DNA of 62,000 nt from Wallemia ichthyophaga EXF-994 (lineage: Eukaryota > Fungi > Basidiomycota), in assembly GCF_000400465.1 (NCBI RefSeq), contig NW_008806285.1, positions 20,001 to 82,000 on the forward strand, given 5' to 3'. The position numbers and the translations under genes were made by a program. Shown here piece after piece: positions 51,557 to 61,615 of this stretch. The number at the start of each line of letters is the position of its first letter. The first letter of the stretch is position 1. The notes beneath the pieces are model-generated. The model had not been told where the DNA came from, searched no databases, and saw only the letters and a program-made list of their open reading frames with translations.

Positions 51557-52447
51557 TCAACGCCTAGTTGAAGTGCGACCTTTTCTACCCACACCTGCAC
51601 GCGGACTGGAGTAGTAAGCGTAATGTGAGGCAAAGTTGGGAGATGTGAAAGCATCTTGTGGGATAGCCGGCAATTCGTTATCTTTTACTATCGGATATGG
51701 ACTGCTCTGTTTAGGAGAGCGCTTGTCCTTGATAGGTAAGTGATTAGTCCACGGTTTAACTGGTGGTGCAATAGGAGAGCTACCCGGTGTCCATTGACGC
51801 ATTGTTGGTGCTTGTCTCTGCGACTCCTTCTGCATGGCCTGGAGTTGTCTCAAATTTGTTATCTTGGTGGGAGCGGTAGTATATTTGTCGAGGACGGCTG
51901 GATGGATTGGTTGGATATCTTTCATGTCCTTGGTGTGCTTATTTTCCATCGCTTTAATATCGTCGAAAGAACTACCGGACGACAGCGAGGTCTTTGACGA
52001 GCTACCGACTGTTTCGTCCTCCACTTCCATCGCTTCGCTCTTGGCCTTTTGCCTGCGTCTGTAGCACTTGATGAGCGAGACAAAGGCGATGAGCAGCACG
52101 GCGAAAACGAATACTGAGATTGTTATTGGCAGCACTTTCATGCCGTCTATGGCCAATTTTTTGTCTTTGTTTGCATCGAAATCTCTGACACGAATGGATG
52201 GGGGCATCACATCGTCATCCTCATTGCTACTGCTGCCACTGGCGATTGTCTCATTCAAAACTCCGCGAGGAACCATGTTAACCCCGGCAATAGGCAGAGA
52301 CGGATTCTCCCAGTGTCTAAACATCGACTCTTGTTTTGGTAGTTGAAACTGCATCTGCATCTGCTCGAACCAGCCGAGATCAGCGAGATGGGGTGTAGGC
52401 TGTTGTTGCGCGTGTGGCTTTGTGTAGTCCAAATATATAGCTGGCAT
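51557..52447 (-). CDS. Uncharacterised single-pass membrane protein with Pro/basic cytosolic tail
   Basis: Open frame 51557..52519 (likely ATG 52447) with TM VLPITISVFVFAVLLIAFVSLI followed by KCYRRRQK; no recognisable domain. Confidence 0.6.
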   Translation of the reverse strand: MPAIYLDYTKPHAQQQPTPHLADLGWFEQMQMQFQLPKQESMFRHWENPSLPIAGVNMVPRGVLNETIASGSSSNEDDDVMPPSIRVRDFDANKDKKLAIDGMKVLPITISVFVFAVLLIAFVSLIKCYRRRQKAKSEAMEVEDETVGSSSKTSLSSGSSFDDIKAMENKHTKDMKDIQPIHPAVLDKYTTAPTKITNLRQLQAMQKESQRQAPTMRQWTPGSSPIAPPVKPWTNHLPIKDKRSPKQSSPYPIVKDNELPAIPQDAFTSPNFASHYAYYSSPRAGVGRKGRTSTRR

Positions 52448-52762
52448 TATGTAGCGTGTGTAGTGTGTAATGCGTAGTGTGCTTATTTGCGTCGCAACCA
52501 GGCGAATAAGGTGAAACAAGAGGATGATTAGTGAGTAAACTTGTGGGCAGAAGGACTGAGAAACCAGCTCTCAGGGTGTATAGTGTTGGTTGAGAGTTTT
52601 GTGTAGGTCCTCACTGAACTTGGTCAACCGCTCTGATTCGCCCGGTTAGGAAAGTTAGCCTAAAATTTTAGCTCGAATGACCGGAAAAGGAAGGTGAGCG
52701 CGTAGAGGGCTAATTAAAAAGAGGAAGAATGAAAGAGGTAAGGAATTTACGCGTACGTCTTA

Positions 52763-53443
52763 TCAATCGACGTCATCCATGTTATCGATATCGACATCGT
52801 TCTCCTTGTACACGGCTAAAGTGTTGTTTAGCCCAACATTCCTAGCATGCTTCAGGACGTTAATCATAGCCCTATCGATATCATTTGAGTGGACATCGCC
52901 ATTCTCGAGGACGATGGATGGATAGAAGACGTAAGTCCAATCTGTGTGGGAGCGAGCGAGTGAGTAAGTAGCTGGAATAACCGAAGAACCCCACGTACCT
53001 CTGAGAATAAGATCGTCTGCTCCACCGCGAGCAGTAACCATAGACTGCTGTACAACGGAAGTGATACAATTACGAATCCGCTTGCGCAGTCTATTCCTCA
53101 CTACAGCCTTCTTTGAAGTGAAAGCTATGGGCGTGATTACGACCAGAGGCAACTCCGCCACATTCATCCGCTTCAAGCCGTATCCATCCTGCCGACCAAT
53201 AGCATCGAGGTACAACCAAAACCTCAGACCAAAGTCGTTGTGTGCGAATGGCAGAGAACTCAGTTTAGTTTGTATGAGTGCGTGTGTTTTGGACGGCGGG
53301 AGAATCTTCAACGTGAAGTACGCGTGCGGGAAGGTGAACAAACCGCGATCACCCAATGTACCAAGATTGACGCCGTAGCCAAAAGAAAGAATTTTCACAG
53401 ATTTATTTGTCTTTTTACTGAGCAATATCTGGCTGCGCTGCAT
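52763..53443 (-). CDS. RNase P protein (RnpA)-like protein with RNR motif, putative mitochondrial
   Basis: KKAVVRNRLRKRIRNCI aligns with B. subtilis-type AVMRNRIKRLIR. In-frame 57-nt intron 52998-52942 (GTACGT..CACAG) gives LILR|DWTYVFYP. The first 31 residues are basic with no acidic residue. Confidence 0.6.
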   Translation of the reverse strand: MQRSQILLSKKTNKSVKILSFGYGVNLGTLGDRGLFTFPHAYFTLKILPPSKTHALIQTKLSSLPFAHNDFGLRFWLYLDAIGRQDGYGLKRMNVAELPLVVITPIAFTSKKAVVRNRLRKRIRNCITSVVQQSMVTARGGADDLILRGTWGSSVIPATYSLARSHTDWTYVFYPSIVLENGDVHSNDIDRAMINVLKHARNVGLNNTLAVYKENDVDIDNMDDVD

Positions 53444-53466
53444 TCAAGAAGATCGAAGACCAAAAA

Positions 53467-55947
53467 ATGTCATTTGAATTGATAATTCCAACAGCAACGA
53501 AGGATGTTCCATATGGTGCTATCGGTATAGCCCATTATCTATCCACAAACGCTGATCCTGCGTGCTCCCCATTCGAGTACTCCCATGTAGATGTACACAC
53601 GGATTTCAGCGACGACGCCAAAGCGGCTACCTTCAAATCCGCAGATGGCGCCCAAGTCACTGATCTCCACACTATTCTTTCAGTCTTGGCCCACGCTGGT
53701 AACATCTCAGGCCAGTCGGAGGACAAGGGCTTAGTCGAGGCTTATGTCAGCGACGCAGCGGCTATGTCCAAGCAATCATTCCCTCAGCTGACGCAATCAC
53801 TCAACAAGCTCGATGATATTCTCTTTCTCCATGCGTTCCTCGTTGGATACGCACCAACTGTTGCTGATTTTGCTATTTGGAGTTCAATCAAGTGTGAGTG
53901 CGGTTAGGTAGTCGTGGCACGTCGCTAAATGTGCTTCTAAGCCTCATCACTCGCTCTCGGCATTCTCAAGAAGAATCAGCACCAAAATGTTGTCAGATTC
54001 CTTTCCTTCTTCGACACTCTCGCTCAGCCAGCGTTGCAAGCCCACGCAGCAGCCAAGTCTAAGAAGGCGTCTACCAAGACGGCCTCTGGTGGTTTCAGTA
54101 TGGGTTTGAAGAACGCAGAGCAAGGCAAGGTTGTCACTCGTTTCCCACCAGAACCCTCTGGATACTTGCACATTGGTCACGTAAAGGCAGCTATGCTCAA
54201 CGACTACTTTGCCAAGATGTACAATGGCACGCTGCGCATCAGACTCGATGACACCAACCCTGTCAAAGAGGACACAGAGTACCAAGACGTGATTTTAGAA
54301 GATCTCAAAATGATGGGTATCACATCTAAGCTGGTTACCTTCACTTCCGACTACTTTCAACTCCTCTACGACAAGGCTATCGAGCTTATCAAACTCGGTA
54401 AGGCATACGCAGACGACACACCTGCAGAGGAGCTCAAAGCACAGAGATTCAACCGCCAGCCTTCAAAGCACCGCGATATGCCAGTCGATGAGGTACTCAA
54501 GCATTTTGAGGAGATGAGCAAGGGTACAGAAGAAGGCAACCGCTGGGTCCTTCGCGCTAAGATCAACTATGCAAGCGATATAGGCACGATGCGTGATCCT
54601 AACATCTACAGAGTGGTGCCACACGCTGACCACCACCGCACGGGTAAGCAGTGGAAGGTATACCCACTCTACGACTTCTGCATGCCGATAATAGATTCCG
54701 TGGAGGGTGTGACCCATGCACTTCGTTCGAACGAATACCACGAGCGTAATCCACTGTACAACTGGATCGTCGATACGCTCTCCATGCGCAGAGCTGAAAT
54801 TTGGGACTTTGGAAGAATGAACTTCACCTACACTCTACTTTCTAAGCGCAAACTGGGTAAACTCGTTGAAGCTGGTAGTGTGAAAGGTTGGGATGACCCT
54901 CGCTTCGCTACTGTTAGGGGTATTTTGCGCAGAGGTATGACTGTCGATACACTGCGCGAATTCATCCTTCTACAGGGTCCATCACAGAGCGTCGTCAACC
55001 TCCAATGGGACCAGATCTGGTCTATGAATAAGCAGCGTATTGATCCCGTCATTCCACGTTTCACAGCTTGCGAGAAAAAGCATCTCGTAAAGGCTGTTGT
55101 GAATGGCGCCCCATCGTCTATCGAATACAAGGAGCTTCCTCGCCATGCTAAGAACAATGATCTCGGTACGAAGAAGGTTGCTTTCTCTAACGAGGTTTAC
55201 ATGGACCAGGAAGACGCACAGTCGTTCGCCGATGGCGAAGAAATCACCATGATGGCCTGGGGTAACGCTTTCGTTAAGGCGAAGGAGGTAAATAGTGAGG
55301 GAATGGTCACTGGACTCACCCTCGATCTGCACTTGGAGGGTGACTTTAAGAAGACTAAGAAGAAGGTGACGTGGTTGTCCGCTAAGAATGATTTCGTTGG
55401 CGTTAAGCTGATGGACTACGATTATCTCATCAACAAACCTCGTTTGGAGGAAAGCGACAACTTAGACGATTTCCTCACTCCTGTCACAGAATTCGTCACG
55501 GATGCTGTCACCGATTCTAACATCAAGTCACTCAACAAAGGCGATCGCTTCCAGTTCGAGAGAAAGGGTTACTTTATTGTGGATGCTGTCAAGGAAGATG
55601 GCACATACGAACTGATAAAAATCCCAGACGGCAGGGTGGCATCGACTATTAGCAAGGGTGATGAGAAGGCGCAAGCTAAGCAGGCTGCGCAGCCCAAGAG
55701 AGATAAGAGGGAGAAGAAGGAGAAGGGTAAAGAGGGTAACGCTGGCAAGGCAGGTAAGGCGCCTTCTGTCACCGACATTGCACCTTCACAGGCAATTGAG
55801 TACCTCAGTCTGAGCGACAAGAATGATGGCTTTGAGATACCTGTCAAGAGCAAGATGTACAATGTCGGTAGTGTTTTTGGAGATGAAAAGGTGGACACCA
55901 ATGTCAAGACGGACATGTACAAGGTGGATCCAATTTACAAGCACTAG
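53467..55947 (+). CDS. GUS1: Cytoplasmic glutamyl-tRNA synthetase with N-terminal GST-like domain
   Basis: VVTRFPPEPSGYLHIGHVKA (HIGH), LLSKRKL (KMSKS-like), GWDDPRFAT, FQFERKGYF; N-terminal FLVGYAPTVADFAIW. Confidence 0.95.
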
Positions 55948-56061
55948 ACGGGCCATTAGCAGGGGAACTTGTAAGAGACACGATAAAGAGCTATTCAAAA
56001 GAACATCATTTATAGGATATGATCATGACATGAAATTGGTGATTGATAATAATCTCAAATT

Positions 56062-56993
56062 TTAAGACTCGAAAGTGAATGCAGCGCCGATCTTGTGAGC
56101 TGAAGGACCAGCCGAAGTGTCGTTGAGGCGTTGGGTGTCGAGAGCGAGACCGAAAGAGGCCTTAACGCCTGGACGGAGAGCTTGAGTGTAGCCGAGGGCG
56201 AGGATACCAGCGTTGTTAATCTTGCTCTTGACAAAGGCAGCGTTGTCGAGGTAAGTCTTAGCGCCGACTTCGAGGTTGACGTTGGAAGGACCAATCTTGG
56301 TGTCGTAGATGGCCTTGGCGCCAGCTTCGACGTCGCGGCTGACTCTGTGGTAGTAAGAAGCGGCGAAGACGTTGAGGTTGTTGAGACCGTGGAGGGTGAC
56401 AGCATACTCAGGGGCCGAGTAACCAACAGCAGCAGCGTATTTGCTGATCTTGCCGTCTTGAACCGAGTAAGAAGTCTCGGCACCAGCGAGTAAACCGTCC
56501 TTGCCGACGACCGAGTCGAGGGTGAAAGTAGGACCCTTGAAAACATCCAAGAAGGCGCGGCCGTGGAGACCTGGTTGCTTGAAAATGGCGCCTGCGAGTG
56601 CAGACTTACCACCGCCTTGAGGAAGGAGAGAAGATTGAATGTCGAGCTTAAGGCCCTTTGCGATGTTGTTCTCTAATTCTAATTGAGATTTGAGGACATT
56701 TGAGGTGGTCCACGCTTGAGTGAAGATGACGCCTTTGGAAGCATCAACGTATTTGCCTTCAATGTCGCCGTTGATGTTTGCAGATTTTGAGTCACGGAGA
56801 CCAGAAACCTTGAAAGAGACATTTGAAGGGGTCTTGGTCTTTACTTCTAATTGAGTGCCGTTGATTGGGAAATCCTTGCTGAGGAGGTCGTTGGCTGATT
56901 TGCCGAGATCCTTGGGGAGTGTGAGTGGGGTAGATAAGTATAAAATATATATAATACCTTCCAGGATGGTGGTACTGCTGCTGGTGCTGACAT
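56062..56993 (-). CDS. POR1: Mitochondrial outer membrane porin (VDAC)
   Basis: MSAPAAVPPSWK|DLGKSANDLLSKDFP...DVFKGPTF...SKINNAGILALGYTQALRPGVKASFG...HKIGAAFTFES; strong codon bias. Confidence 0.95.
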
Positions 56994-57158
56994 CTTTCTT
57001 GTTTTGTTGGTCGTAGTGTTTGAACCAGCGGAATCGATCAAGGCGTGAGATTATTCATTTAAAATTTGATTATTTAATTGTACAAGGTAAAATATTTTAA
57101 ATATATATTTTAAATATGTATTTTAATTTATCGGCTGCCCAATTCTCGGTCTTCTTGC

Positions 57159-58433
57159 ATGACACGGCAGTACAATCTCGATGAAATAGCATCTTTGGAT
57201 TACCTACTAACTTATTACGTTGTACAGATTTCAGGTAGTGTTGGACACCTCTTCTTACTCCTCCTCACCATCATTTCCCGCTCCATACATCACAACGGGG
57301 TTATTATCAACTTCTACTTGATATTCAGCTTTACGCTGTGGATAGATGCTATTCTATTGTACACCGGTCACCTCACTTCCCAAACCCACCAAATCCCCCC
57401 TTCAATACGCATCATTAACTCCAGTATCAGGTGGGTTAGTCCACTCGGGTGATTTCGGTAATCTCGCTAAACATTTCCACACAGAATGACAGGAATGCTA
57501 GCCAACACCTGCACAACCCTTACTGTCGTCTTTAGGCTTTTCATAAGCGTTAACACCGCTCTCAGTACTCGCCTCGCTAAAATTTTATCCAAGATCTCAG
57601 ACACTATCTTGATTTTAGTTCCTTGGGTGTTGAGTATGCCATTCTTCATCGCTTATTTAGCACGCACTATTCCACACCCAGATTTAGTCATCCGAACGCC
57701 CTATTTCTGTGACTACAATGGTAGTGTGTTGAATAAAGTCGTTACCAACCTCACTCTGGCACTAATGTGTCTGATACTGGTGCTGGCAATACTCACCGCT
57801 ATTCTCCTCATCAAACTCCGTTCAAGTCAGCACGGTTTGGTGTACGTGAAAACATCAATCGACGTTGTCCTCGGTTGTCGCATACTTCTCTTCCTCGTCT
57901 ACTCACTCACTACGGTGGTTGTACTAAGCGGTACGCTTAACGACGCTTGGGGGAGTTTCAGCGATGGCCCCACCCTCGCTTTCGGTTTGACCGGTTTCTG
58001 GGCTTTCCTCTTGTTCTTTATTCAACCAGACACCTTCAACGCTATTATGACTTGCTTCGGGCTTAGAAAGTCGCGGAATAGACAGAGACGCCCCTCCTTC
58101 CTCTCTGTCAGCGCTAGTCGACCACGGGGAACTGAGCGGCATGAATTCGACGGGAATTTAACTTTCAATGGGAGTCTAAATGTTCGGAGTAGTGGGAGTG
58201 ATGAATGTGGGGATGTCAATGGCTGGGTTGATAAACGGCGGCTTGACAATGCTGATTCAAGGTGTTTAGGCGGTGGCAGTAGTAGGTGTAGCTCAAGTAG
58301 CTCGAGTACGACACACACGACACACACGACACATACAACACATACAACTCACACAACTAATACGGATACCTACCCAAATATTTTCACTGAAATACACACT
58401 CACAAAAACACAGACAGCGATACGTCGCATTAA
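57159..58433 (+). CDS. Seven-transmembrane receptor-like (GPCR-like) protein
   Basis: Joining 57159..57430 and 57485..58433 across a 54-nt GTGGGT..CAG intron gives seven hydrophobic segments (LLTYYVVQISG..., VIINFYLIFSFT..., MLANTCTTLTVVF..., ILILVPWVLSMPFF..., LTLALMCLILVLAIL..., RILLFLVYSLTTVVV..., LAFGLTGFWAFLLFFIQPD) plus a long cytosolic tail. Confidence 0.7.
58308..58359 (+). repeat. Coding 9-bp tandem repeat (Thr-Thr-His / THT)x5
   Basis: acgacacacacgacacacacgacacatacaacacatacaactcacaca encodes TTHTTHTTHTTHTTHT. Confidence 0.8.
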
Positions 58434-58689
58434 GGTTGACATGTACTTGTACTTCTATATTTACTAACAGCATACATTGTATTAATAGACGCGCTTATAG
58501 ATATTCTAATAGGCTTTGTCCGCTGCTTCTGGGACCAACTAAAACAAGGTCACTTTGGAGAAAAATTCACCTCTCCCACTATAATAGATAAGCTCATTGA
58601 TCCTGCTTTCAATGTTAAATTTAAGAATCACCCGCCCCGGAACCCAACTTAGGCTTTCGAAGAATCAAGCTTACGCTTCTTGGTTTATC

Positions 58690-58697
58690 TTACGTAA
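58690..58697. promoter_or_regulatory. Candidate bZIP (Yap1/ATF-type) palindrome TTACGTAA upstream of the peroxidase gene
   Basis: Perfect 8-bp palindrome about 140 nt upstream of the GPX ATG; function inferred only. Confidence 0.25.
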
Positions 58698-58833
58698 CAA
58701 GATGTTTAGAGAGGGATTTGCAGCAATCTCTGTAATTTCATGGCACACACGCCAAATACGACATATGAACAAATATATTCCACGGACTTTTATTCATTTC
58801 TCGCATCCCACGACCCCTAGTTCCCACACAATC

Positions 58834-59426
58834 ATGTCAAATTCTGAATTCTACAATCTCAGCGCAGAGAAACCAAACGGCGAAGAATACAAGTTTGATA
58901 GTTTAAAGGATAAGGTCGTGCTTATTGTGAACACAGCGAGTGAGTTAATGTCACCGGTTATATCACACGGTTCTAAGCGTGGTACACACCAGGCAAATGC
59001 GGCTTCACGCCACAGTACACGGGACTTGAAGAATTGCACAACGCTTACAAAGACAGGGGATTGGTAGTGTGAGTGGTGTGACGTCGTCGTTGTCAATCCC
59101 CGCTAACGACGCACGACGCAAATAGCCTTGGATTCCCTTGCAATCAGTTCGGTGGACAAGAGCCAGGCAGTGACAGCGATATTGACAACTTCTGTAAGAT
59201 CAATCACGGTGTTTCGTTCCAGCTTTTCAAGAAATCAGACGTCAATGGTGATAATACGAATGAGGTTTTCAGATGGCTTAAAGAAAAGAAGCCACAGCTT
59301 ATGATGGGCAGAATCAAGTGGAACTTTGAGAAATTCCTCATCGATAAGCAGGGAAATGTCGTCAATAGATACTCATCCATGTCTAAGCCAAGTGAAATAG
59401 CTAAAGATGTTGAGAAACTCGTCTAA
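58834..59426 (+). CDS. Cys-dependent glutathione/thioredoxin peroxidase (Hyr1/Gpx-like)
   Basis: VLIVNTAS|[33 protein letters not shown]; the catalytic codon is TGC (Cys), not Sec. Confidence 0.92.
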
Positions 59427-59534
59427 CAATTCATTTTATTCAAATACATTTCTTACTTTAAAGTGAAAATTTTTACAAAGTGAATGACGCGATGAATATC
59501 AAATATCTTGGAATACGTCATTCATCATCGCATC

Positions 59535-60488
59535 ATGATCAAAGTACTCGTTACAGGCGCAACAGGTTTGCTAGGCAGAGCAATTATGCACAACCTCCGC
59601 GCGGACAGCTCTGTCCAAGTATTAGGATTGGGTTATAGTAGAGTTGGTGAAGGTGTTATCAAATGCGATATCACAAATCACGACGAGTTGAAGGGTGTCG
59701 TAGAGCATCACTCACCAGATGTAATCATCCACGCCGCTGCTGAAAGGCGTCCAGATGTCGCAGCGAATGATCCTGCAGCGACGGAGCACCTCAACGTGGC
59801 TGTTTCAGCAAACGTGGCTGGTTTAGCGAGGAGTGTAAAGGCAGCACTCATCTATATATCCACTGATTACGTGTAAGTGGGGGTATTTGTCGGTATCCAC
59901 TCAATTGCTCAATTAAAATCACTCAGCTTCGACGGCACTAAACCGCCATATGAGGTCACTGACACACCAAACCCACTCAATCTCTACGGCAAGACTAAGC
60001 TGGCTGGCGAGAAGGCAGTGCATGAGAATAATCAAAGGTCAATCGTCGTCAGAGTCCCTGTTCTTTATGGCAAAGTAGAGAACAACAAGGAGAGCGCTGT
60101 GACGGTACTCATTGATGGCGTTAAAGATAGTTTGAACGCTCCAAAGAAGTTTGAGCATTTGTCGAAGCGTTTCCCAACCCACGTTGAGAATGTTGCTCAA
60201 GCGTTGAATGCCTTGTCAAAATGGGTTGCTAGTGCCGACAATATCACTCCTATTATCCATTACACTTCAACAGAAGGTTATACGAAATATGAAATGGCAT
60301 GTATCTTTGCGGATATACTGGGAATTCCAAGAAATGGATTAATCGCTGATACTCAAGAGCCTCAAGGTGCAGCTGCTGTCAGTCGTCCAAAAGACTGCCA
60401 GCTTTCGAGAAACAAGTTGGACGATCTCAATTTGGACATGAAAGAGGACGTGCACTTTGTGGAGTTTTTCAAATCTCAATTGTTATAG
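59535..60488 (+). CDS. RmlD-like NAD(P)-dependent reductase (dTDP-4-dehydrorhamnose reductase / MAT2B-like)
   Basis: VLVTGATGLLGRA, IIHAAAERRPD, IYISTDYV|FDG, PLNLYGKTKLAGE (YxxxK), RFPTHVENVA, RPKDCQL. Confidence 0.87.
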
Positions 60489-60641
60489 ATTCTCATAAGC
60501 TATTATAAGCTACCATAAACTATTTCGCACGATATATTCCATTTTAGGTTTTTATTATTTTCATTTTAATTCAAATTCCAAAACCCTTTTTAGGTGCGCT
60601 TACGTTCTGTTTCTGAGCCGTCGACACTAAAAATACGCGAT

Positions 60642-61490
60642 ATGAAATTATTGGGAGCAGCAGCAGCAGCAGCAGCAGTGGCACTATTCGCACCAGCATA
60701 CGCGGCAGAAGAGGATATCTACGGTACCTGGTCGTCTGGTTCTGGCGGTGTACAGACAGGTGAAGGATTCTGTACGCCACAAGAGTACAGCTTCAATATC
60801 CCAAACACCACAGGAACGAGCTACTCGTTTACTGAAGATGGCTACTATGAGGAAGCTTCTTACAAGTTCAGATCAAACGCAACTCATCCACAATGCATAC
60901 AAGCAGTCCTCACTTGGCAGCACGGTAGATATGAGTTTTACGATCATGAGGATATGCAAGGTATTAAGACTACTCCTTTCTCTGCAGATGGTCGCGTTCA
61001 AGTTGAGGATCCATGTGCAGCGAGCAGCAACATACTCAGCACAACCAGTTTCAACCACACTTTCGTTAAATACCTCCCATTCGATGATCCCGTTAAGAAT
61101 ATAAAGGCTCTCCAGCTCTACGACTTTGACGGCTCCGAGTTGGCTCCGTTGTACCTCATTAGTCGCCAACCAAACATGCTGCCTACTAGCCCAATCAGCA
61201 CCCAATACTCTAAGAGAAGCAAGAGAAGCACAGATGAGCCAGTAGAGGGTGATGTGGATGCGGATATGCAGAATATACTCGCAACTCCTTCTTTGGAGAG
61301 AAGGAAAGGTGGTGGTGGTAAAGGAGGCGGTGGTGGTAGAGTAAGCAGCGGTGGTGGTAAAGTGAGCAGCGGTGGAGCGGGCCGTGGCGCTAATGTTACC
61401 TCTGGCAATCACTCTTCTGCTGTTTCGAATACCCTCCCTATCTCACTCGCTGCCTTGGTCATTGTCGCGGCAAGCATAGCTATCGTATGA
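60642..61490 (+). CDS. ROT1: ER chaperone Rot1
   Basis: Signal peptide, then IYGTWSSGSGGVQTG..FCTP...SYSFTEDGYYEEA...SNATHPQC...WQHGRY, PFSADGRVQV, LYDFDGS..PLYL...PNMLPT. Confidence 0.88.
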   Translation: MKLLGAAAAAAAVALFAPAYAAEEDIYGTWSSGSGGVQTGEGFCTPQEYSFNIPNTTGTSYSFTEDGYYEEASYKFRSNATHPQCIQAVLTWQHGRYEFYDHEDMQGIKTTPFSADGRVQVEDPCAASSNILSTTSFNHTFVKYLPFDDPVKNIKALQLYDFDGSELAPLYLISRQPNMLPTSPISTQYSKRSKRSTDEPVEGDVDADMQNILATPSLERRKGGGGKGGGGGRVSSGGGKVSSGGAGRGANVTSGNHSSAVSNTLPISLAALVIVAASIAIV

Positions 61491-61615
61491 TAAGTCATGT
61501 GCGAGCGTTGTGCGTTGTGTGTCTTACTCAAACACCCAACCTTACCTAAAACATTGTAATATTTTCATTTATTCATCCTGGACATTATCACCTGGTTCGC
61601 CTGAAACAGTCGCCA

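Noticed and set aside
58461-58470. TTACTAA as a Yap1 response element
   Set aside because: It is part of TTACTAACAG, which equally fits a branch point plus 3' splice site for an alternative last intron of the 7TM gene; ambiguous.
58851-59140. Selenocysteine/SECIS in the glutathione peroxidase
   Set aside because: After splicing the active-site codon is TGC (Cys); no in-frame TGA.
60873-61412. Antisense ORFs of 96-179 aa over ROT1, and similar antisense ORFs over GUS1, POR1, TOR and SEN1
   Set aside because: Expected by-products of biased codon usage and Gly repeats on the sense strand; no independent domain evidence.
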